Positions 1 to 7,435 of a DNA stretch of 24,000 bases are shown here, in pieces. Numbering within the stretch: position 1 is the first letter of the stretch; each line of letters begins with the position of its first letter. The notes under the pieces are model-generated. The model was not told the DNA's origin. It ran no database searches and worked only from the letters and a program-made list of their open reading frames with translations. This DNA is from Acaryochloris marina S15 (GTDB taxonomy: Bacteria; Cyanobacteriota; Cyanobacteriia; Thermosynechococcales; Thermosynechococcaceae), in assembly GCF_018336915.1 (NCBI RefSeq), contig NZ_CP064923.1, positions 5,020,495 through 5,044,494 of the forward strand. The letters are read 5' to 3'. The position numbers and the translations under genes were made by a program.

Positions 1-1862
1 CCTAAATGGAGAACGCAAAACACCAGATGTTCTGATTCAGACGTGACATTGGAGGTGAGCTGCAGTTGGCCAATAGCTAAGGAAAGGGAGCCTAAGCGCT
101 GAATCTGATAATCAACCTGCTCCGCTTGGTAGGAGAAATAGGGGTGCTGTGGGGGATAGGGATTGAACAGCGAGGTGATGGCATAGTGGGCAGCCACAGC
201 CTGTACGTCAATTTGAGATGGAATCACCAGCTGCTGGTATACACCTGCTCCCGTCTCAAATAGATCAACATTGCTGGGGGCTAAAGCCAAGCGCTTTATG
301 AACTCGGGCTCTAGGCTGATCCCAGCGACATCCGCTGCTAAGTCAACCGCACGAGCTGCATATCGGAGAATTTGCACCCCTTCTGGTCGTGAGAGTTCGG
401 CAAAGAACCAACCACAACTGGTATACATCAGCAGGCTATGGCGCTGCATCTCCAATAACCGCAAGGCATCTACCCGCTCTTCTAGAGAGAGTTCATGATT
501 TTGGTGGGTATTGAGGAAGGCTTGAAGGGGATCAGTCCCTGCAGATGGATCGAGCTGCGCCTGTTGAGGGAACTGTCCCATAATCTCGATATAGCGATTC
601 CGGGTTTCCCAGGGATCTTCAAACAGGAGCGTACCCAGTTCTTGATAGATATCGCTAAGCTGATCCCGTAGCCAATCTAAGGCATCTCTTAAAGGACGGC
701 GCCATTTTTGATGCCAAAGGCTGCCTTCTCCACCACACCCACAGTCATCTTGCCAACGATCGACCCCATGACCACAGCTCCAGGCGGTCACAGGTTTGAG
801 CTGAACTTCCCAAGTGGGAGGATGCAGACTCAAGTAATGGGCATAGTTGGTGACGGTCCATCCCAATTGGGGGAAGGTATCGTGAAACGCATAGGCGATC
901 GCTTTTTCCGTATCGCGTTTGTGGTGCCCAAAGGTTTCACCATCTGTGGCAATAGAAATTAGTTGAGACGGCTTGCGATCAGACCGTACCGCCTGCCCCA
1001 ATCGATTGGCCAAATTCTGAGAACTACTGAGTACCGCATTAAAGCCAATGTCCCGAGAGATAGGGCCATCGTAAAAGAAAATATCGATGTAGCGATCTCG
1101 ATCTCCTGGAAGGTAACAGCGATAGGGGCGCGTCGGGTCAATCTGCCCCCCACCCACTTCTTCCCAGTCAGGCGTATCGTTGGTATCGCTAGCAATACCA
1201 GGTATCGGACGGCAGCGTTGCGCTTGGGAGGGGGCCAAAATAATAAACCGAATCCCTTCCTCAATCAGCACCTCAATGGTGGCCTGGTCGACAGCGGCCT
1301 CTGCCAGCCACATGCCCTCAGGGTCCCGGCCAAACCGGGCTTGAAAATCTGCTTTCCCCCATCGCACTTGGGTCACCTTGTCCTGGTGGTTGGCCAAAGG
1401 CATGATGATGTGGTTATATACCTGTGCGATCCCATTGCCGTGGCCTTGCAGTCGTTCACAGCTCTTGCGATCTGCCTCAATGATGCGCTGGTAAACCTCT
1501 GTATCGTAGGTTTCCAACCAGCTCATCAAAGTGGGACCAATATTGAAGCTGAGATATTCAAAATTATTGACGATGTTGACGACTTCGCCTTGGTCGTTAA
1601 AAATGCGAGCAAACGCATTGGGGCGATAGCACTCGTGATAAATGCGCTCATTCCAGTCATGGAAAGGCGCAGCACTCGATTGCCGTTCGATAGTGCCTAA
1701 ATAAGGATTCTCTCGAGGAGGCTGATAAAAATGACCATGTAAGGTCACATAAACGCCCTCAGCTTTCTCTAATGGATTAGCTTGAGATCGTAACGGAGTA
1801 GGGACATCAAAGGTCGCCTTTTCCTGTCCCGTATTCTCAGGAATATAAGAAGTTGTATTCAT
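1..1862 (-). CDS. Glycoside hydrolase family 57 protein (GH57 catalytic region followed by a DUF3536-like region); C-terminus lies beyond the window
   Basis: My own minus-strand translation from ATG 1862..1860 stays open to the window edge (about 620 codons). It reads MNTTSYIPENTGQEKATF...GVYVTLHGHFYQPPRENPYLGTIERQSSAAPFHDWNERIYHECYRPNAFARIF...NNFEYLSFNIGPTLMSWLE...GHGNGIAQVYNHIIMPLANHQDKVTQVRWG...EGMWLAEAAVD. These blocks match my recollection of cyanobacterial GH57 alpha-glucan enzymes. The gene is absent from the supplied ORF track because it runs off the window. Confidence 0.8.
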   Translation of the reverse strand, partial: MNTTSYIPENTGQEKATFDVPTPLRSQANPLEKAEGVYVTLHGHFYQPPRENPYLGTIERQSSAAPFHDWNERIYHECYRPNAFARIFNDQGEVVNIVNNFEYLSFNIGPTLMSWLETYDTEVYQRIIEADRKSCERLQGHGNGIAQVYNHIIMPLANHQDKVTQVRWGKADFQARFGRDPEGMWLAEAAVDQATIEVLIEEGIRFIILAPSQAQRCRPIPGIASDTNDTPDWEEVGGGQIDPTRPYRCYLPGDRDRYIDIFFYDGPISRDIGFNAVLSSSQNLANRLGQAVRSDRKPSQLISIATDGETFGHHKRDTEKAIAYAFHDTFPQLGWTVTNYAHYLSLHPPTWEVQLKPVTAWSCGHGVDRWQDDCGCGGEGSLWHQKWRRPLRDALDWLRDQLSDIYQELGTLLFEDPWETRNRYIEIMGQFPQQAQLDPSAGTDPLQAFLNTHQNHELSLEERVDALRLLEMQRHSLLMYTSCGWFFAELSRPEGVQILRYAARAVDLAADVAGISLEPEFIKRLALAPSNVDLFETGAGVYQQLVIPSQIDVQAVAAHYAITSLFNPYPPQHPYFSYQAEQVDYQIQRLGSLSLAIGQLQLTSNVTSESEHLVFCVLHL

Positions 1863-2292
1863 ATCAAAAAAACCGCCGTGGATGAAGAGATTTAGCGTTG
1901 ATGCGGAATGATTAAGCGCTCGCTTGAAGCTGGATTCCAAACCTGAACATCCAGATCAGTTTGAATAGTGAGGATGCAGCGAAGCCAAAAGAAAAATAAT
2001 GGATGGGTCCTTTATGTAGTGAAGCCGGACGTAGTATTGATTAGATTCTATGGAGGCAAAGAAACTGCTAACCTGTCTGTGGCTATAACCTAGGCGATCC
2101 CATTTGGGAATAGGGGAATTTGCAAGATATCTTAAGAGTTTATTCGGGCATTATGGGTAAAGTCTTTATATTTACTATGGGATCAGCTCGATTCCCACCA
2201 AAATGCTCCTGATGACCTCAAACCAATCACCGGGAAACCCAATTTTTCCAAATTGATTTTGATGTACTTGTAAACCCAAATCATCTGCAATT

Positions 2293-3381
2293 GTGACTCT
2301 CAAAAATCGAATTTTTATTGTCTTACTGCTGTTTATCCCTGTCTCCATTGCAGCAGACCTTTTAGAGTGGGGACCGCTCCCGCTGTTTGCGACTTCAGCG
2401 CTAGCCATTGTGCCTTTAGCAGCATGGATGGGAGCAGCGACGGAAGAAATTGCTGTAGTTATTGGTCCTTCAGCAGGTGGCCTGCTTAATGCAACCTTTG
2501 GCAATGCAACTGAACTGATCATTGCTTTTATTGCACTGCAGGCCGGATTGGTTGATGTGGTCAAAGCCAGTATTACCGGTTCTATTCTGGGCAACTTGCT
2601 ATTGGTGATGGGACTGTCCATGTTGCTGGGTGGACTCCGCTACAAAGAACAGACCTTTCAGCCCGTTGTTGCTCGTGTCAATGCATCATCAATGAACTTA
2701 GCCGTCATTGCGATTCTGTTGCCAACGGCCATTAAGTTCTCGGCAGAAGGCATCGAGAGTCAGGTTCTTCAGAATCTTTCCATTGCCGTCGCCATCGTGC
2801 TGATTGGTGTCTATGGCTTAACCCTCCTGTTCTCCATGAAAACCCACACCTACTTGTTTGATGTCGGGGTTGCGGGAATGGAGTCAGAAGAAGAAGAGAC
2901 CCATGAAGAAGGTTCTAGTAACCTACGACTATGGATTGGTGTGTTGCTAGCAGCCACCCTAGCGGTTGCCGTTGAATCCGAATTTTTAGTAGGTAGCTTA
3001 GAAGCGGCCACCGAGCAACTGGGATTGACCCCCCTATTCACCGGGGTGATTTTACTGCCCATTATTGGCAACGCCGCTGAGCATGCCACCGCCGTCACCG
3101 TGGCCATGAAAGACAAGATGGATTTGTCTGTGTCCGTCGCCGTCGGCTCCAGTATGCAAATTGCTCTATTTGTGGCACCTGCTTTAGTTTTAGCGGGCTG
3201 GGTGATTGGTCAACCCATGGACTTGGACTTTAATCCTTTTGAATTAGTCGCGGTTGCCGTATCGGTATTGATTGCCAATTCCATTAGCTCAGACGGTCAG
3301 TCCAACTGGTTGGAAGGAACATTGCTCCTAGCCACCTATGCGGTGTTAGGATTAGCCTTTTATTTTCATCCCATAACCTGA
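2293..3381 (+). CDS. cax: Ca2+/H+ antiporter (CAX family cation/proton exchanger)
   Basis: 362-aa polytopic ORF with a GTG start. It has two internal repeats, each carrying the CAX signature GNxxE (GNATELIIAFIAL and GNAAEHATAVTVAMKDKMDLS), separated by an acidic loop (MESEEEETHEEG). The exact start is uncertain. Confidence 0.88.
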   Translation: MTLKNRIFIVLLLFIPVSIAADLLEWGPLPLFATSALAIVPLAAWMGAATEEIAVVIGPSAGGLLNATFGNATELIIAFIALQAGLVDVVKASITGSILGNLLLVMGLSMLLGGLRYKEQTFQPVVARVNASSMNLAVIAILLPTAIKFSAEGIESQVLQNLSIAVAIVLIGVYGLTLLFSMKTHTYLFDVGVAGMESEEEETHEEGSSNLRLWIGVLLAATLAVAVESEFLVGSLEAATEQLGLTPLFTGVILLPIIGNAAEHATAVTVAMKDKMDLSVSVAVGSSMQIALFVAPALVLAGWVIGQPMDLDFNPFELVAVAVSVLIANSISSDGQSNWLEGTLLLATYAVLGLAFYFHPIT

Positions 3382-3388
3382 TCATCCC

Positions 3389-5776
3389 TTAAGAATCTGG
3401 CGTCACCACATACTCAGACTCAATCGGTTCTAGCCGCCCTGATTGCACCAGCGCTTGGTAAATCATGGCGGCGACTTCTGCCCGAGTCGCATTGGTCTCT
3501 GGTGTGAGGAGCCCTGGATCAGGATGACTAACCACAATGCTTTCTTGGGTTGAGGCCGCAATTTTGCCTTTTGACCAATCAGGGAGTTGGCCCTGATCTT
3601 GAAAACGCTGCAGGCTAGAGTCTGGAGATGTGGGAATCTCTAGTTCTAGGCCACTCACTAAAGCGACTAGCACCTCATAACGAGGCACAAGCTTATCCGG
3701 TTGGAAATCTCCTTCCGGATATCCGCTCATAAATTTCTTATCCACCGCTCCTTCAATGGCGTCTGCAGCCCAATAATCCGTCGCGATATCAGAGAAAGTC
3801 AAAGAGCGCTGCCCAGGTTCATCAACAAAAGCCCGTTGAATTTGGGCCGCTAATTCTGCCCGAGTTACCGGCTTGTCCGGCTGAAACTTGCCATCAGGGT
3901 AATCCGGAATAATCCCTTGAGCATGGAGCTTCGCAATAAAAGGATAGGCCCAATGATCCTCAGGAACATCAGAAATATCAAGCTGTGAGGGAATCACCTC
4001 AGGCGCACCAATACCGCCGATTGCCTCTGTAGGACTAGGAACGACTGCTGTTTGATTGGTGGGCGGCTGTCCAGGCGTATTCGCACCGGCAGGAGCATCC
4101 TCGCTAGCAGTAGGAGCACTGGCAATAGGCGAGTTGCCTGGGCTATTGCCAGATTGATTAGGGTTCAGAGGCGAAGAAGATACCAATGGATCAGAAGTCG
4201 GTGTTTGAGAAGGTTCCTGCTGATTGCCAGTCACTCCAAAATAAGTAATGGTGCCTAAAGTTGACATGGCGACCAATAAACCAACGGCCTGAACGCGGTT
4301 AAGGGGTAACTTATCGCTTAACGCGCCTAAATCACCTGCATTTGCTCCAGAAGAAGAACGGGTTGAAGAGGCTGCGCCTACAGCCACAGGAGCTGGTGCT
4401 GGCACAGGAGCTGGTGCTGGTGCAGAGGCAACCTCAGGTTCACCATCACTTTCTAAGGCGGGTATGGACTCAAGTCCATCCGCTTCAGGCATGGCAACAC
4501 TATCGCCTGTTACCCCTCCTAACGGAGGTATGACAGCAGGGATATCAGCTGCGGAGCTATCTGGTTCAACAGGATCACTGGGATCAGAGTCTGCTTCACT
4601 CGTAGGAACTTCTGCCATATCAGAACTGATAAACCCTGCACTGGGCGCTAAAGGCGTTGCCTCACTGTCTAGGGGAGTTCCTGGATCGATGGAGAATGAT
4701 GAATCCGCTACAGGTAAGTCATCACTCGTAGGAGAATCTTCACCCACTGTTAAGGGTTGATCTTCTGGCGTTGATAGTTCTTCTATCCCAGGTTCCACCA
4801 CTGGTATTTCAGCACCAGCAGACACATCGACCGCAAAATCAGCCACGGGAGGACTATCGGATCCTGAGAAATCTGTCGTTTCTGGGGTCGAAATTTCTGG
4901 TATCACCTCTTCAGGGTGAGCAGGCTCGACTTCATCCGTCCAAGGATCAGGCAGTGGACTCTCGTCTGGCGTGGAATCTAGAGATATGAGCTCTTCAACA
5001 GGCTCACTGATGGTTGGAACGTCAGGTGGCTGAATTAGGGTTGGTTCTCCAATCTCTGCGCTCAGTGGGGTAATAGGCTGTTGTGGTTCAGCAGCTTGTT
5101 CAGCCCAAGGATCAGAAAGGGTATCTGCTGCACTGGTCGATGCTGCGATGTCTGGGAGACTGGGGTCTGATGGCTCACCGACTTCAGGATTTAAATCGAC
5201 AGGCAGCTCACCTGAAGAAGTGGCAAAAGGATCAGACAAAATATCGGCTGACTCTGCTGATGCTGCGGCAGCTATATCGGGCAGATCGGGGTCTGGTAGA
5301 TCACTGACCTCAGGGGTGAGATCTCCAGGCCTGTCCAAGTCACCCAGGATAGGAGAGCTAAAGTCTGATGGCGTCTCTGACCAGGCATCAAGAGGCTGAG
5401 TTCCTTCATCCTCTCCAACTAGTGGCAGTTCAGGCGAATCAGCCGATTCCAAACTATCGCCAATGGCACTCAGCTCTTCTAAGGGTGGCGTTTCTACATC
5501 TGGCCCCATCTGAATCATTGTCGTATCGCCGAGAATGGATCCCAGCTCTTCCGGGGCAGACGGGGGTTCAGTGGGTGCCTCAGACCAGGAGTCTAAATCC
5601 GGTAGAGAGGCAGGCTCATCGGTGGCAGGGGTATCTCCTAACAGTTCTGACAACGAGTCAAATAACTCGTCAGAAATAGGGCCTGAATCGGCACTCTGAG
5701 CACTACTAGGATCCGAGCCTGGTTCTGAAGAAGGGATTCCACCTGATTCAGAGTTCGGATCGTTAGGATTAACCAT
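3389..5776 (-). CDS. SLH-domain envelope protein: ~490-aa acidic low-complexity N-terminal region, one TM helix, P/S/N/T linker, three C-terminal SLH repeats
   Basis: 795-aa ORF starting at ATG 5776..5774. Three SLH-like repeats sit near the C-terminus (DVPEDHWAYPFIAKLHAQGIIPDYPDGKFQPDKPVTRAELAAQIQRAF; FSDIATDYWAADAIEGAVDKKFMSGYPEGDFQPDKLVPRYEVLVALV; LPDWSKGKIAAS...TPETNATRAEVAAMIYQAL). There is a single hydrophobic helix, VQAVGLLVAMSTLGTITYFGV. No N-terminal signal peptide is visible. Confidence 0.85.
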   Translation of the reverse strand: MVNPNDPNSESGGIPSSEPGSDPSSAQSADSGPISDELFDSLSELLGDTPATDEPASLPDLDSWSEAPTEPPSAPEELGSILGDTTMIQMGPDVETPPLEELSAIGDSLESADSPELPLVGEDEGTQPLDAWSETPSDFSSPILGDLDRPGDLTPEVSDLPDPDLPDIAAAASAESADILSDPFATSSGELPVDLNPEVGEPSDPSLPDIAASTSAADTLSDPWAEQAAEPQQPITPLSAEIGEPTLIQPPDVPTISEPVEELISLDSTPDESPLPDPWTDEVEPAHPEEVIPEISTPETTDFSGSDSPPVADFAVDVSAGAEIPVVEPGIEELSTPEDQPLTVGEDSPTSDDLPVADSSFSIDPGTPLDSEATPLAPSAGFISSDMAEVPTSEADSDPSDPVEPDSSAADIPAVIPPLGGVTGDSVAMPEADGLESIPALESDGEPEVASAPAPAPVPAPAPVAVGAASSTRSSSGANAGDLGALSDKLPLNRVQAVGLLVAMSTLGTITYFGVTGNQQEPSQTPTSDPLVSSSPLNPNQSGNSPGNSPIASAPTASEDAPAGANTPGQPPTNQTAVVPSPTEAIGGIGAPEVIPSQLDISDVPEDHWAYPFIAKLHAQGIIPDYPDGKFQPDKPVTRAELAAQIQRAFVDEPGQRSLTFSDIATDYWAADAIEGAVDKKFMSGYPEGDFQPDKLVPRYEVLVALVSGLELEIPTSPDSSLQRFQDQGQLPDWSKGKIAASTQESIVVSHPDPGLLTPETNATRAEVAAMIYQALVQSGRLEPIESEYVVTPDS
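4385..4420. repeat. Perfect 18-bp x 2 tandem repeat (CACAGGAGCTGGTGCTGG) inside the SLH gene
   Basis: Positions 4385-4402 and 4403-4420 are identical. On the coding (minus) strand they encode the PAPAPV PAPAPV stretch just upstream of the TM helix. Confidence 0.95.
5072..5323. repeat. Diverged ~126-bp tandem duplication inside the acidic region of the SLH gene
   Basis: The two protein units are DLTPEVSDLPDPDLPDIAAAASAESADILSDPFATSSGELPV and DLNPEVGEPSDPSLPDIAASTSAADTLSDPWAEQAAEPQQP. The DNA units are about 5198-5323 and 5072-5197, and about half the residues are identical by eye. Confidence 0.75.
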
Positions 5777-6021
5777 AATATTGAGCCGTTTTTAGGGTTT
5801 AATCTTTGGCAACCATCCTACAGGGGGACTGAAGATGCGATCGCACCTTCGCACATTCTTTTTAGAATTCATGGACACAAATTGTCAGTTTGTAAAGTCA
5901 TTTGTGAACATTAAAAACGAACGTTAGATTAGGTAATTTGCCCATTACTCTTGACGATTCAGCTCAGTCACTCATTTAATAATCATCATTGCGAGAATAA
6001 TCCTTAAGGATTGACCGAAGT

Positions 6022-7431
6022 ATGCGTTTGTTTCTGCCCCTCAAAGTACAGCTTCATCTTTTAGTCTTACCCCTCTTTTTATCGGTGCTGAGTAGCTGTG
6101 CTGAACGCGAAACGCAGACTCAAACGTCCGCTCCACCTTCACAATCCACGACCGAAAAAACGAAACCTGCCCTATCGAATCAGGACGCAGCCAGTTGGTC
6201 AGTCATCCTGACCGATCCAGAAGCTCCGCCTCAAACGTCTTCTCCTGCACCTCTTGGCGCACCGGATGCACCTCCTCAGACTCCGGCATCCCCGAAGCCT
6301 AGGGGCGCAGATAAGCCTCCAAAACCGAATCCCAAAAATCAGGCAACCCCTAAACCCAAGGCTCCAAAGCAGAAAGTTGCGTTTTCTCGCACTCCCTATG
6401 CGGTTATTGATGAGGCCAAAAAGGATCAATTCAATGTCACAGGGGAGCAAATTTTTAGCAACAGCTATCTCCCCAACCATCAGGTTGATTTCAACGAAGC
6501 CGATTTATTAGCGGTCCTGATCAATGTCAAAACTTACTTTGAATCCCATAGTCAAAATGACTCAACGGCATTGCGGGAAGGGATTTTAGGAACGGGTGGC
6601 GTCACGATTCAGGATATCCAAGACACTTTGGCCTTTATGATCACTACCCTGGAACAAGATATTGCCCTCCAGCGCCCGTCTCGCTTAAAAGATCCTAATT
6701 TCATCAACACCCATTTCCAGGTGGTGAAATGGCAACCCTATAACCCGCAACAACCCGACCAAAATCAGTTGCGAATTACCAAGTATGCCGTTTTTGCCCA
6801 TCAAGGCTCGCGAACGAAAACCGCAGAATTTAATACTCCTCTTTACCAACTCAAACCAGAGTATGCGGTGGATAAATTCTTCCAAAACTATTCGAAGCAG
6901 GAAGTTCTCACAGGTATCTATGAAACTGGAGGCAAGGAACAAGGGAAAGTCGCTCCTCTGGCATACCTGACTCGGCAAGGGTTGGAAGATGCTTTATTAC
7001 AGGGCACGATTTTGATCCGGTTTGGTGATGGCTCTTCAGCCTACTTCAATGTGGATCGAAACAATGGGATTGCCTATGTGCGCGGACAGCCCCAACGAGA
7101 GCAAAAACGCTACTGGTACTTCAAACAAGTGGATGCCATTAAGGGATATGGCCCCAAGACTGCCAAAATCGCGGTGCGTCCCGGTGTAACGTTTGCCGGA
7201 GATGTCCTTAATATTGGCCTAGGCAAAATCATCATGCTAGAGCATGATACCGGGGGAACAAAGCAGCTCAATATGGGGGTTCTTGCGGATACGGGTGGGG
7301 CATTTTTGCCTAATTTATATCAGCTTGATTTTCTAGCGGGGGTCTTTCCCAGCCATGATCAGTTCAAGCAGCATATCAGCACCCTACCGGCCTATGCGAA
7401 TGCTTACATCTTGATCAAGAAGAAGAGTTAG
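6022..7431 (+). CDS. MltA-like lytic murein transglycosylase lipoprotein (MltA + 3D domain), with a Pro/Lys-rich N-terminal linker
   Basis: 469-aa ORF. It has a signal peptide ending in a lipobox-like LSVLSSC, then a P/K/Q-rich linker (EAPPQT...DAPPQT...KPPKPNPKNQATPKPKAPKQK). The C-terminal half has MltA-like blocks (LRITKYAVFAHQGSRTKTAEFNTPLYQLKPE; IAVRPGVTFAGDVL...GVLADTGGAF, compare the DTGGAI motif of the MltA 3D domain). The family call is from memory of these motifs. Confidence 0.6.
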   Translation: MRLFLPLKVQLHLLVLPLFLSVLSSCAERETQTQTSAPPSQSTTEKTKPALSNQDAASWSVILTDPEAPPQTSSPAPLGAPDAPPQTPASPKPRGADKPPKPNPKNQATPKPKAPKQKVAFSRTPYAVIDEAKKDQFNVTGEQIFSNSYLPNHQVDFNEADLLAVLINVKTYFESHSQNDSTALREGILGTGGVTIQDIQDTLAFMITTLEQDIALQRPSRLKDPNFINTHFQVVKWQPYNPQQPDQNQLRITKYAVFAHQGSRTKTAEFNTPLYQLKPEYAVDKFFQNYSKQEVLTGIYETGGKEQGKVAPLAYLTRQGLEDALLQGTILIRFGDGSSAYFNVDRNNGIAYVRGQPQREQKRYWYFKQVDAIKGYGPKTAKIAVRPGVTFAGDVLNIGLGKIIMLEHDTGGTKQLNMGVLADTGGAFLPNLYQLDFLAGVFPSHDQFKQHISTLPAYANAYILIKKKS

Positions 7432-7435
7432 CCTG

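Noticed and set aside
271-1700. Track ORFs 271-498 (+), 708-962 (+), 963-1700 (+) and 959-1264 (-)
   Set aside because: All lie antisense or off-frame within the long minus-strand GH57 reading frame. Their translations are Arg/Ile-rich with no recognisable motifs.
1968-1976. Recurrent heptamer GAGGATG in intergenic regions (about 1970, 16659, 19875, 19925 and 22168)
   Set aside because: It also occurs inside coding sequence (about 819 and 11825). It is short and resembles a Shine-Dalgarno-plus-ATG string. The enrichment is too weak to call by eye.
2175-2621. 148-aa minus-strand ORF overlapping the start of cax
   Set aside because: It is antisense to a well-supported antiporter gene, and its Ala/Ser-rich translation is typical of a shadow ORF.
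4052-5679. Seven plus-strand ORFs (63-103 aa) inside the SLH gene
   Set aside because: They are antisense to the acidic low-complexity coding region. Codon repetition keeps the opposite frames open, and their translations are Arg/Leu/Gln-rich noise.
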